A stretch of DNA of 64,000 bases from Pseudogymnoascus verrucosus (lineage: Eukaryota). Positions 1-12,439 of the stretch are shown piece after piece. The position numbers and the translations under genes were made by a program. Position 1 is the stretch's first letter; each line of letters begins with the position of its first letter. The stretch lies in the NCBI GenBank assembly GCA_001662655.1, contig KV460280.1. One strand, written 5' to 3'. The notes beneath the pieces were generated by a model that did not search any database, was not told where the DNA came from, and saw only the letters and a list, made by a program, of their open reading frames with translations.

Positions 1-649
1 TATCTTCGTCCCTGGTGGTGGTCGTACAGATATGAATCAAAGCGAGGCGGCATTCTTAAATGGGGATTTTTTCAGCTTGACTTATGTTTCTCTTGAAGCT
101 CCCCTATCCTAATTAAGTTAAGATTTTCTCGGTTTCAGCCTTAAATCCGCTCAAATAAGAGCTGAAATGTCGGCACTATCTAAGTGTCACCATCGGCAGT
201 GCTATCACGATCAATTTTGTGTTGTGCTACACATCCAGCTTCGTGCATCACAGTTGACGGTGCCATGGTCATGCATCGCAGTACTTTACTGGTAGTGGAG
301 AGCGGGCAGTAAAGTACTGCGATGCATGACCATGGCACCGTCAACTAATTGCCCTCTTAAGTATGCTCTTTCATACTTCAAGCTGATCGACGATCAGCGC
401 CTTATATTACTATTTCGTGCAACAGAGTTTCACGCACAATGGATTTACGCACACGTGAGCAGCGACTGTACGTTATGGTGGCTTCAAACTGGCGAGAATT
501 TAGCAATGTGCACGACTCTTTTTCCTGTGTACCATAAATATATAATTGCTATGACCCATCTAGAGCAAGAAGTCGTAGAATTACCCAACAGACCTCTGAC
601 AAAAAGCGACTCTCTGTCTATCAACCCCCTTCACACCATTATTTTAGCT

Positions 650-3639
650 ATGTCGGCTGGAAACTTGCTCGATCTCCTGGTTCGGGCTGCCCAAAATGGC
701 CCAGAAAGGGGCATTATGGTATATGACACCGCCGAAAACGAACATAACCCGTCGTTCATGACCTACGAGGCTCTCTTATCCCTGGCCAAACAGATGTCGA
801 TGAACCTAAGGCAGCTGGCCGACGTGGAGGGTAAAGTGGTGTTGATGTACTTCTCGGACCATCTGGACAATATTAAATGGTTTTGGGCCATTATCGCTGC
901 TGGGGCTGTGCCATGTATCTGTCCTCCTCTTTCTAACGATTCGGTAATTCGATTGGATAGCGTTACGCATTTGAGAAAGCTCTTAAATGAGCCACTTATT
1001 ATCACGTCCAAGGCTCTGGCTGCAGAGTTTAAGGGCCTGCATTGCCCTTTGGTATTGTCAACGAGTAAGTCCTATATTCTTCTAAAGGATATATGGTCGA
1101 CCAATAAGTCTCTACCTTCTGTTCATTGGTTAACGTGTTATTTTCTTCAGGCGATATTGAATATACGGAATTCGTATTCCAATATAAAGAGGCGACTATA
1201 AAGAATCCGGACCTGGCTGTTCTCATGTTGACATCTGGGAGCACCGGCAGCTCCAAAGCAGTCTGTTTAAAATATGGGCAGATCCTAGCGTCGGTGAGAG
1301 CGAAAAGCGTACAGCATGACACTAGTCGGAGGGATATCTTTCTTAACTGGGTTGGGATTGACCACGTTGCGAACCTCACTGACAACCATCTTCATGCCGT
1401 CAGCTTGGCTGCGCAGCAGTTCCACGTCAATGGGCCGGCGCTTCTTGCCCACCCATTACGCTTTCTTGAATGTATCAGTAATAACAAGATCACAATTACC
1501 TTTGCGCCCAACTTCTTCCTCGCGCTCTTGGTTCGCAACTTTGAAGCTGCCAATCAGTTGACGAACGGGCATCGAACCGAGAAGTCGACTCCGGATTTTG
1601 ATCTTTCCTCTCTACGTGCAGTGCTTTCCGGTGGCGAGTCCAACGTTGTCGATACATGCGATAAACTGACCCGGCTTTTATCGCAATACGGTGCTCCCAT
1701 AAATCTCATCAGGCCCGGCTTCGGAATGACAGAGACTTGTGCAGGCTGCATTCATAACGTCGTCGATTGTCCGCAGTACGACATCGAACATGGTGTCGAG
1801 TTTTGTGCGCTTGGTGAGGCGAACCAAGCAACCAATATGAGAATCACCCTTCAGGACGGAACCAATGCGAGCGTAAACGAGATCGGATCACTCGAGGTGT
1901 CCGGTCCGTCTATATTCAGTGGTTATTACAACGATGTGAAGGCCACAAAGGAAGCATTCACACCTGATGGGTGGTTTAAGACTGGAGATTTAGGATTGCT
2001 TGATTCCAATCGAAGATTGAGACTGACAGGCCGCGAGAAGGACAGCGTCATTATTAATGGGTGAGTATATTCCCATCTTCACGGCTTTTTTAGTGTGGCG
2101 GTCTTCCCATATCATAAATGTGAATAGCTTATTAGAGACAGTGTCAACTACTCATCCGAGAGCATAGAATGCGCCATCGAAAAGGCGGCCATCCCGGGCA
2201 TCACCCCTTCCTATACAGTTGTCACCGCCTATCGCCCGGTTAACTCACCCACAGAGTCCCTGTGCATTGCATACCTCGCTGCATATTCAAGTGACGACAA
2301 GCAAACTCGACTGAGTACTGCCGCTGCTATTTCAAGGGCCGTCATCAGATACTGCGGAGCCCGGCCATTCAAAATCGTTGCATTGCCGAAATCATTGCTG
2401 CAAAAGTCGTCACTCGGAAAACTATCTCGTTCGAAAATCCAACGAGCATTTGAGGACGGTACTTCTCTCGAATATGAGACCAAGGATAGCACAACTATGG
2501 AAACTTCTAGGAGCGACATTGTTAAAGCCTTTTCTGGAACAGCCACCCAAAAAATAATTCTAGAGGTATTCTACAAACTCCTTACGCTGGATTCCGGTCA
2601 TCTGGGGGTGGACATCCACATCGACAGTGATATGTTTGAGCTAGGACTCTCTTCCATCGATATGCTGAAGCTTAAGGTATACCTCCAAAAGTCATTCAAC
2701 ATACAGGATATCCCAATAACAATATTCTTCTCGAATCCTCTTCTTGGTCAACTCAGCCAGGCTATAGACAATTTGAAGAAAGGAGACAAAATCACTGTCC
2801 TACAGCCTCATGGGGAGAGCGACTATGACCCGATCACCGTCCTACAGCGTCGGGGGACTAAGACGCCCCTGTTTTTAATCCACCCAGGCATGGGTGACGT
2901 TTTGGTCTTTATGAATCTTGCTCGACTATTTGACGATCGGCCACTGTACGCACTGCGCGCCCGAGGATTCGACGGCGAAAAGTACTTTTCTTCCCTTGGC
3001 GAAATAATAACACTCTACCACAACGCCATTAAGCGGGTCCAGCCTAAAGGGCCGTATGCACTTGGAGGTTATGCAATAGGCGCCAACATTGTATTTGAGG
3101 TTGCAAAGGTTATGGAGAGGAACGGGGACAATGTGAAATTTCTCACAGTCATCGATCATGGCCCCCGTCTCAAGGGATGGGCACGAACTAACGATTGGTA
3201 CGACTCTGTGGTGGCTATTTCATTCTTCTTGGGTTTCGTCAACAAAAAATTTGTAAGGGCTGTTTCTAATTTACGTGAGAAGTCACATGAGGAGGCTCTG
3301 GATTGTATCTTCTCTCTTGCGCACCCCGCCCGGCCAGATGAAGTTGGGACGACTCGGGAACGCCTAGATAACTGGGCAAAGCTGGTTGATAACCTTGTGG
3401 CACTTTTCCGGGATTATGATCCCGAAGGATCCGTCGAGAACATGGATGTGATTGTTCAGGACCCTTTACAGGCGAGTGAATGGAGCACGCCTCCAGTGAG
3501 ATTATTTCAATGGAGAGAATTCGGGAAAAACACCCGGATCCATGAGGTTACAGGCTCACATGAAACTATGATAGAGCCACCTCATGTACATGGGTTGAAG
3601 AGACTACTGGAAAGGTTGATGGAGGAGCGTGGTTTGTAG
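650..3639 (+). CDS. NRPS-like enzyme, A-T-TE architecture (aromatic alpha-keto acid dimerising family)
   Basis: A-domain motifs LTSGSTG, PGFGMTET, GWFKTGDLG, GREKD and KSSLGK; T-domain LGLSSID; TE FLIHPGMG...GSHETM. Introns 1065-1150 and 2061-2141 join the three ORF pieces in frame. Confidence 0.9.
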
Positions 3640-4320
3640 CGGGTCTTGAGCATTGAGCCACCAAGAGCAATGTGATGAGTGGCTGGTTCCCAAAACAAAA
3701 CAAAACATATGCAATTAAAGTGTGACGTGGAGAATCTTGGTGCATCAGCTTGCTTGAAAGCTTTAAATCAATATCAGGCGATGGAAAGTGAGTGGTTGTT
3801 GGGTTCGTTAATTCGTATGGATTTTTAATTCAATGGCACGGATTATTTATTTAGTATTATCATAAAATAGGAAAATAATCCATTTTCCACATAACCTTTT
3901 AACCACAACATATCCCTTCATATTGCACTGTAGAACATCAAACAAATATCCTTTACACAATATACTTCCGCCATTGTTTGCTTTTGCATTCTGCAATTAT
4001 TTCGTTTCACTCTATCAAAACCACGGACGGATGTTCAAAAATCCCATTCACAACCACATACGTACGCACGCTCGCCCCTTCCCTCTTGTGACAAGATGCA
4101 CCACCAACTTCGTCGCTGGGCACATCGTGATTGCTTATTTCAAACAAGCAACTTTCATTCATTCATTGCAATATTTGTCGTGAGACCGACCATGCAACCT
4201 CATGGCCACCTCTCGACTGTACCGTTGAAGAGCAGGAACTCGCGTCAACACCGAGAGTATTATGAACCGCTCCTGACAGATATCAAAGTCCTGTGAGTAA
4301 GGTACCTACTGCAGGTCGAT

Positions 4321-5139
4321 ATGGCAACAGAATGGCAGACGTGGCGCAACCAGATCCCTACGGAGATTGAAAAAGGCACACCCGAGGCCCAGAAGCCTTC
4401 AATCTTCGGAACGCCCCCCAGACGCGGTCGCGGAACAGGTCGAGGACGAGCAAGGTCACGGCGGGTCCCAAAAGCCAGATCCTCAGACAGCTCAACATCA
4501 GAGCTTCTTCCAATACCGTATAGGCGGATACAAGATGACCAAGAGAAGCCGATATTTCGGGACGCGGACCACAACAGAGAGGGTCTCGCAGGGATGATTG
4601 GCGTGACGAAGGAAGAGTGGGATCAGGGTCTGCGGACGCCACTTTACGCGCCGCCCAGCGACTGGATGAGGCTACGAGTTCTTCAGATGGAGAGTGAGAT
4701 GGCGCGGAGGCACTTCTGGGTGGAGGAAGTAGATGGTTACGGGGCGCGTCGAGCGGAGGAGGTGGAGCTGGGGAGGAGAGTTCATGAGGATATAATGAAG
4801 GTGGGGTGGGCGGCATTTAATGCGAGATGGAAGAGGGAGGAGTTGATGGGGGTGCCGATTCCAGATGAGCCAGTTCCGAGAAAGAAAAGGGTGGAGGGGG
4901 CGGCGCGCGAAAGTAGCGATGGAACAGGCAGTTGGACGGATTATTATGCGGAAAAAGAAGGAAAAGTGTTGTTGGAACCGTCTGATCCTTCGACAACAGA
5001 AGATGAGACAACAGAGTCGGTGATCGGTGGATCCGATGAATCATCGTCCGGTCCATCGGGCGGGACAGAAGATGAATCATTATCCGGTTCATCGGGTGGG
5101 ACAGAAGATGAATCTGGTGAGAGCGAAAGAAGCGGTTGA
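4321..5139 (+). CDS. Hypothetical intronless protein with an Arg/Gly-rich patch and an acidic Ser-rich repeat tail
   Basis: 272-aa ATG-started ORF with a non-repetitive central part; no domain recognised. Confidence 0.5.
   Translation: MATEWQTWRNQIPTEIEKGTPEAQKPSIFGTPPRRGRGTGRGRARSRRVPKARSSDSSTSELLPIPYRRIQDDQEKPIFRDADHNREGLAGMIGVTKEEWDQGLRTPLYAPPSDWMRLRVLQMESEMARRHFWVEEVDGYGARRAEEVELGRRVHEDIMKVGWAAFNARWKREELMGVPIPDEPVPRKKRVEGAARESSDGTGSWTDYYAEKEGKVLLEPSDPSTTEDETTESVIGGSDESSSGPSGGTEDESLSGSSGGTEDESGESERSG
5026..5118 (+). repeat. ~39-bp coding tandem repeat (GG[ST]xDESxSGxS-like, ~2.5 copies)
   Basis: gatgaatcatcgtccggtccatcgggcgggacagaa versus gatgaatcattatccggttcatcgggtgggacagaa. Confidence 0.75.
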
Positions 5140-5639
5140 AGTTTCCACCCGGAAGATTATTCTCACCTTTACATCATCCCAGAGAGGATCCAGCAGTAAA
5201 GACGGTGTGGGTGTGACACGGACCTGGAAATGGAGGATATAATCGTTTCGGAGGTTATGAGGGGATATAAATAAGGATGGGGATTTGGACGATTGGTTTG
5301 GGTGTGAGGATGTGAGGTTGAGAGAGGATTGGTGGTAAGAAACGGCTGAGGGAGGAGGTGCATGGAAGTGCGAAGACTGAGAGACAGTGGTATATACTAT
5401 TAGCAGAGAAGAAAGACTGATGACGCAGAATATAGATATCTTTCAACTACATACTCTCCGATTCCTGTTCTCCATCTTCTCTTCCCCTGATGCAACTCAA
5501 ATGGAAACGAGGCAGCAGTTAGCGCCACACTTGCGAGACCGTGCAGGTATGAATATATAGAAGGAACAACCACCAATCGAAGGAAAGAGCTACCCGATAA
5601 TGGGATTAAAAAGAGAAGGAACAACTGGTGAACTATAGA

Positions 5640-6045
5640 ACGACCCAACTATCGAGGGAAGGGACGACTTGTGGAATAGTTAAATATTGAAAGAACTATC
5701 GACGCTGGAGGGAAGGGACGACCAGCTGGGAATGGAAAGAACGGCCCATCATATAGGGAAGGAACAGCCGATACTAGGATGAAGGAGTGACCAACTCTAG
5801 AGGGAAGGAACGACCAACCAACTGAGGAAGGAACGACCGACTCGAGAAGGAAAGAGCGACCGACTCCAGAGGGAAGGAACGACTGACTTAGAGGGAAGGA
5901 ACGACTGACTCCAGGAGGAAGGAACGACCGATTAAGTAAGGAAGGAATGACTGGCTTTACAAGGCAGGAGCGACCGACTCCAGGAGGAACAAACGACCGA
6001 GTAAAAACGGAAGGAACGAGCAACCAACGAGGGAAAGAGCTACCG
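5640..6045 (+). repeat. Degenerate ~23-bp purine-rich minisatellite (consensus ~AGGGAAGGAACGACCGACTCCAG)
   Basis: More than 12 head-to-tail copies of the GGAAGGAACGAC core; clearest at 5780-6040. Confidence 0.85.
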
Positions 6046-6539
6046 TGTTGGGACGGTTTTTGACTTTTGCGTTCCTTCCTTATTTGGACGAAAAATATAG
6101 ATTTATTTCTATGATGCTGTGAGTGTAGAGTGCGGCGAGAGAGGGGAGGGGCGGGGGATGAGAGATAGGAGGTGATGAATATATATATCCTGTCCTGTCT
6201 GTTCTTTAGAATTCCATACAGCGACAAGACATCGCTGGGACAGGATACATGGGTTGGCTAGCCTAGACTGATAAAAGAACGGTTGGTTAGGTTGATGGTG
6301 GATTCAATTCTTCAAATGATTAAGAAGTCATTTGACACTGATCTCTTGTGATGGACCCGAGTTGAAACAAATCAAACAGAACATTGGCTACGCCATTATC
6401 ACCACCTGCGGAGTCACATTCCGTGGTCTTATGAGACGGGATCGGAGGAATCAAGGGAGATCGAGATTACAATACGAAAACTACGAATCAGAGGTGGCAA
6501 AGATGCAAGCGGCTACAGCAAGGAGGATGCAGGCTTGGG

Positions 6540-8852
6540 TTGTGGATGTGGGTGGTGAGGACGAGAATAGAGGGGTGTCGTCTTCTATGAGACGACAACA
6601 GGAATGGACGACAACAAGAACCTCTCCCCACCCACCCCCTTTTCATTTCTTCCAACACATCCAGTTGGTAGATTGAGTAGCAGCAGCAGCAGCTTCAAGC
6701 CGCGCGGTGGCTGAGGTCTATTCTTCAATGGCATCATGGTCGACTAGGATATCACCCCGTGGATGCTCATGCATCGATAAAAAGAAGTAGCAGAACAAAC
6801 CTTCACTTATATACACCCTTCCTACCCCCCCACGCTTCCCCTCATTTATCCCCCTTCCTTCTTCCCCCATATCACCCCCGCCCGATTAGCTACACCCCTA
6901 CCACTCCATCATTCCATCACGCCTATCACATATAATAACCCAACCCACAATCACAAGTATTCGAACCAAGTATCGAAAACAATTGGACTCTCACATCCGT
7001 TTCTGAGACTAGTATTCCCATGTCTGTTATCCTTCAAAGCACCTCATTAATTCTAAACCAGTGATCCATAAGCCGATTCATGCCCATGAAAAGTTGAGAC
7101 CGCGGTAGATATATTCGGGTAGGCCAAGTATTAGCCCCACGGCTTTGTCGCCTGTAGACTCCGCAAACTCAATCATTGCTCCCTCGCGGAGGTTCTTATC
7201 AGCCGCATGGCACAAAGTTATACACACCGGGGGGTGAGGGGGAAAGATGAAGAGAGGAATCTACGACGAGGCCAATATCAGCCGCATGGCAAAACGTTAT
7301 ACGAACCGCGACAGTGAGGGGGAGGGACGACAACAGCAATTCACGACAACAGGAATGACGACGACGACAAGAAGTTTCACTAACAAGAACCTCCCACCCC
7401 TCTCGACCCCCCAACCCCGACTCTACAGCCGTCCCAGCTCCAGCTTCCCCGTACCACGTCGTATGGCAAGCACGTAGGGAATGTAGCTCACTTATGATAT
7501 TGAAAAATGTTATTTGAACACATCTGTGGTGATTTATAGGAAAGGCTATAACATTCGCAGTAGGGTAATGGTGGTTGCGTCTTGGATAGCATTTCCCCAG
7601 CCCCCCCCCCCGGCCCCTTGCTTACCATCCACGCTTTTGGAATCATATCACCCTCCCTCTCCCTTCATCCTCTCATCATCTAATAACCTAAACATGCTCA
7701 GACCCTATAATATCCTGCCCTCCCCGAAACCAATATCCTCACACCTCTTACCTTCCAAACCTTTCTCTGGCACGTAGTAGATTCATCTGCGTATTAGCGA
7801 GAAGTAAATCCCGATGGTGATATGTAGGGGGTAAGGGGTAAAGACAACGAGAAGGGCGGGGCAAAACGTCGCAGAAGGATACAAGATCATACCTCCTTTG
7901 AAGTAGAGCTTCTACAAATCATAATCTAGTACTGATGTCACCTTCTCGACGAGTAATTGCTGAGGTCTTCCTTGATGATGACAACAAGAATCGTCGACGA
8001 CGACAAGAATCAACGACGACAAGAAGCTCCACCAACAAGATCCCCCACCACCACCAAGAGACCTCCTCTCCATCCACACCCTCAACACCCCCCTCAACCC
8101 CCCTTTCCCCCTGTACACCTACCACCCCTCTCCCCACACTATTTGAAGTCTGAACCATTCGTCTCCCACCGTACGAGATCCCAGTTATTCTTGCCCCCCC
8201 TGTCATCTTCTACAGCATGAATATTAGACGTACCTCTACCCGAGGATAAAATAAACAAGCAAGCTAGAGTTTGAAATCCAAGGAGGGCTTGGGGGGGGTT
8301 TGCATCGTAGTTAAGTACCGTCACAGCATCATGACGAACCGCATAAAAAAAAATCGCGCCTCAACCCCCAACCACCCACAGCCCCTTTTTTTTCGTTCGC
8401 TCCCCAATCACTCACTCACACAATACACACACAACACACGCACACAACACACACACACACCCAAGCACCTCACGACCCCACAACCAAGCCCATCACCAAG
8501 AATTCCCCATTTACATATATATACATATAACCCCCCAAACATGACGCCGTCCCCAGACTGGAATTCACATACGCGTCACCTTTCTACCTCCCACCTTCAA
8601 AACCAGCCCTCTCTGGAACGGGGTAAACGGTAAACGGTAATAGGATCTGTGTGTCCGAAGCAACGCGCACGGTGTGTGAGTGTTGAGGCGACAGGAAGGG
8701 ACGACGAGAACAGCTCAACAAAACGACAGCAGGAATCGACGACAGCAGGAATTCGACGACGAGAACCACCAACACGACAACAACAGCATCCACGACGACG
8801 ACAACAGCCTCCGCCCCCCACCCCCGCACCCCGCAATTACCTAGCTTCGTAG
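6540..8852 (+). repeat. Four dispersed degenerate units with a GACGACAACAGGAAT-like core followed by a C-rich tail
   Basis: Cores near 6590, 7325, 7990 and 8722, spaced ~650-735 bp. Confidence 0.65.
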
Positions 8853-9910
8853 CCAGCAAGCGGCCCATCTCCAACCATGACTCGGAATCAGAGAAGTGCT
8901 ATAACGCTTTCGTTGTGGACCGACTGATCTTGTTTCGAGCCCCCTATTTTTACTTTTGACAGGATCCTCCCTGCTGTAAGGGAACAGATGATATAGCGGC
9001 ACATCCACACACGCGCACACTCCCTCCTCTCAGTAGAGCAGAGTTAGTTACCCGGCCTTTCCCATCTCCCGCCTTTCCTAATTCGTAAATCTCATTCCTA
9101 ACCTGTCGGACACGGAGCATAGCATATATATGTCACACAATCATCAGATTAGCACCAGAAATGTGTATTAGAACAAGAATCTCATTTATATATACAAATA
9201 TGTATTCCCCCCCCGCCCCTAAACCCCCTACTTTTGTCCCACACTCAATCCCCCCCTCTTCAACCCCGGGGCATCTCGTCAACCTCATATCAACACCAGC
9301 CCCCACTCCCATCATCTCATCTCATCCATCTCGTATCATATGTTGATCTTTATCTCGATCTTGGATCTTGTCTTAGTAATACACCTCCACCACCCATTTC
9401 TTCCCTAGGGTACGATCGCCGTAACCCCCCCATCCCCTACCACTTTCCCTCCTCTCTCTCATTCCCTCCTATTCCCATCGTCCCATCATCCCTCCAATCC
9501 CTCCCATCCTTCCCTCTCCACTCCACCCACCAAACTCAACCAACACAAAGCACATCAAAAACCGATGACAAAACACTATAAAACGAAAAAAAACAAAAAC
9601 AAAAAAAAAGAACAGAAGAGAAAAGACACAATGAATACACAGAGAGAGAGCAGACATATAAACAAATAGAACTCCCCCTTCCTTCCCCCCCATTTTGTCC
9701 CCCCCCCCCCAACCAAGCCAGTAAGGTCCACCGGCATAAAAAGTTTCCAGTTCAACACCCATTATCGTAGCACGTGTCCACTTTCTCTCCCCTCTCTCCC
9801 CTCTATCCCCTCTCATCACCATCCATAAAGATCCCATCAGCTAGGACGAATCAAACGCTCGTCGTCCCACAGCCAGGGTCACACGGGAAGGGACATCTCA
9901 GGCCATCTCC

Positions 9911-11959
9911 CTACGAGAACCGCCTATCCCCCCCCCCCTGCGCCATAACCTGCTGCTGCTGTCCCCCACCCCCCTGCATCCCCCCCCCCGACATCCCCTG
10001 CCCCATCATACTCCCATACTGCACCCCCATCCCCTGCATCCCACCCTGCATCCCCGCTGGCATCCCCCCCCCTTGCATCCCCGCCGGCATCCCCGCCGGC
10101 ATCCCCTGCCCCATCATCCCCGGCGGCGCCCCCCCTCCAAACTCAATACCCCCCAAATACCCACCCATAGCCTGGGATTGGGAGACGGGACAGTCCTTGT
10201 GTGCTAGGAGTCGGGTTTTGAGCTGGATGACTTCCTCGCGGAGGTTGGCGAGTTGGTTGGTGAGGGAGTCGTTTTCGGAGCTGAAGATTTCGACTTTTTG
10301 TTGGAGGTTGGCGAGCCATTGTTTCTTGCGCTGGCGGCATTTGAGGGCGGCGACACTAACGGCAAAAAAATTAGTTTTCTGTTCTATCGTTTTTTGATCT
10401 TTTCTTTCTTTCTGGCGGAAACGGGTTTGGGGAGAATGGTGGTTTGGTTGGGTGCAAAAGGGGATAAGACATACCGATTCCTCTCCAAGAAATTCTTCCT
10501 CTTCTCCTCATCCGTCATCTTCTTCCCATTCGCATTATACTCCTCCTGCTTAACATCCTCCTCCTCACTCGGCGGCTCCGGCTCCATATAATGCTGCGAC
10601 GCCGCGCTACCACCGCCATGCTTCCCCTTCTTCGCCGGCGGCGCCTTACTCGCCACCGGCACCTCCTCCGCCTTCCTCCTCGCGCCCGCACCCTTCCTTC
10701 CCTTCCCCCTCGTCACCCTCGACGACGACCTATCCTCGCTATCCTCGCTCCCCTCGCTTACCCCGCCGCCGCCACGACTCCCATTCCTTAGCTCGCGCGG
10801 CTGCGACGCCCCGCCGCCGCTCGGGTGCGCGTGCACGGGCTGCTGGGGCGCCATTGCGTATTGTCCTGATGCGCCAGGGCCGACGGAGTTAGTCCGTGAT
10901 TGGGAGGCGAGTAGGAAGAGCCCGTTCGCGGCGTCGTTGGCGTCGTGTTGGGCGAAGGGTTCGCGCTGCTGCTGCTGGAGTTGCTTTGCTGGTGTGGTGG
11001 CGGCGTGGTCGCCGTTTGTGACGTCGCGCTGGGGTTGGGATGTGATGTTTGATGGGGTCGCGGCCTCTGATTGCTTGCGGTGCGAGGCGGCGAGGGCGGA
11101 GCGGTGGAAGTCGACTGTTGGTGTCGCAGGGGTGGCGGCGGCGATCTGGTTGAAGATGGCTTGCGAGTTTGGGCTGGGGGTGGGGAACATGGTGCCCCCG
11201 CCGCCTGGGGTGAGGCCTGTTCGCAGGCTGGACTCGTTCGGGGTGAAGCCGCCGCGGAGGTGGTTGGTGTCGCCGAAGTAATCGCCGGTTGGGCCGGAGA
11301 GCATGGCGGGGGAGAGGGGGCCGGTGCGCAGCGAGGAGCTGCCCCAGGGGTAGGGGGTTGTGCCGCCGCCGGGGAGGAGGGAGGAGGGTGAGGTGATGGA
11401 GGCGACGGGTGGGAGCTTGGTGCCGCCGGGGGTTTGGGAGTCGCCTGCCGAGTTGGAGCCGCCGCCGCCTGCGAAGGAGTGTTCGAAGGGATTGGGTTCG
11501 AAGGAGAGGTGTGATGCCGCGGGTTGGTTCGGCGCGAAGTAGGTGTCGCTGTTGCTGTTGCTGTTGTTGTTATTGCTGGTGCCCGAGTTTGACGATGGGC
11601 GCGGTGGGGGAGGGAGGAGTGTCGGGTCGGTGGTTTCGGCGTCGCCGTCGACGTTGGTCGATGATGAGTCGGCGTTGTTGGGGATTGTCTCGTTGTCTGT
11701 TGAGTGATTGTGAGCATGTGAGTCTTTCATTTTTTTTGTCGCCCAAGACACAACCACAACGCGCCAGGGACGTCACAACGTCATTGACAGGGAAGGGAGA
11801 GAGGGGGAAAGAAGGGAAGGGGGGAGGAGAGGGGTGGCAGGTGCGTGTAGAGAATGACATACCCGTCTTTATTGGCGTGGTGTTGCTGGTGGTGGTTGTG
11901 GCAGGCTCAGTCGGCGACGGGATCTCCTTCTTCGCGGTGTCTGTGGGAGAATTCTCCAT
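9911..11959 (-). CDS. atf1: ATF/CREB-family bZIP transcription factor (Atf1/AtfA-like)
   Basis: Atf1-type motifs EPNPFEHSF, SLRTGPLSPAMLSGP and PNESSLRTGLTPGGGG. Removing intron 10356-10474 gives the bZIP EKRKNFLERNR|VAALKCRQRKKQWLANLQ. Intron 1 is 11697-11862. Confidence 0.93.
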
Positions 11960-12381
11960 TGTGGGGGAGGGAAGGGGGAGGAAGGAGAGACTGTTCGCGC
12001 GCGTGATGGGGGGGGGGGGGGTGAAGCGACGATTGAGGCTATTGTGGTGTCTCTGGCGGACGTCGGTGACGGCAGTGACGTTGGTGGTGGTGGTTGGGGG
12101 TGATGGTGTGGTCGCGGGTGTGTTAAGGTGTGGGCTATGACGAGTGTTTTCTGCAGATGACAGGCGAAAGGTTTCGGAGGGAGGAGATGCGAGGGAGGCT
12201 TGGTTTTTGAAGTTTCGAGTCGGGATTAGTTTAGGGTAGTATGTATAAGCAGCTAGTTCATCTGGAGTGATAATTGCGTAGGGTGATTTTGAAGTCGAAT
12301 TAGCTGAGAAATAGTATAGTTTGGGTTGATATTCTTTGGTGGTTGAATGAATTGTTTGTGGTTGTAGGACGGAAGTCGACG

Positions 12382-12389
12382 TGACGTCA
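12382..12389. promoter_or_regulatory. Perfect CRE palindrome TGACGTCA upstream of atf1
   Basis: TGACGTCA lies ~420 bp upstream of the atf1 ATG; function is inferred. Confidence 0.5.
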
Positions 12390-12439
12390 GGTAGGATGTT
12401 TCTTTGGGGGGAGTTCGGTCTTGGGGGGGGATTAATCGG

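Noticed and set aside
326..649. N-terminal extension of the NRPS-like ORF
   Set aside because: A-domain-like sequence starts at the ATG at 650; the upstream part contains a TATA-like tract and is probably promoter/UTR.
5640..6045. CRISPR-like array
   Set aside because: The repeats are contiguous and degenerate with no unique spacers, the context is eukaryotic and there are no cas genes.
5649..6227. 192-aa minus-strand ORF with apparent repeats
   Set aside because: It is a by-product of the minisatellite; the variable 22-24-bp period does not conserve frame.
10591..12140. Multiple long overlapping/antisense ORFs over atf1
   Set aside because: These are shadow ORFs of GC-rich coding sequence.
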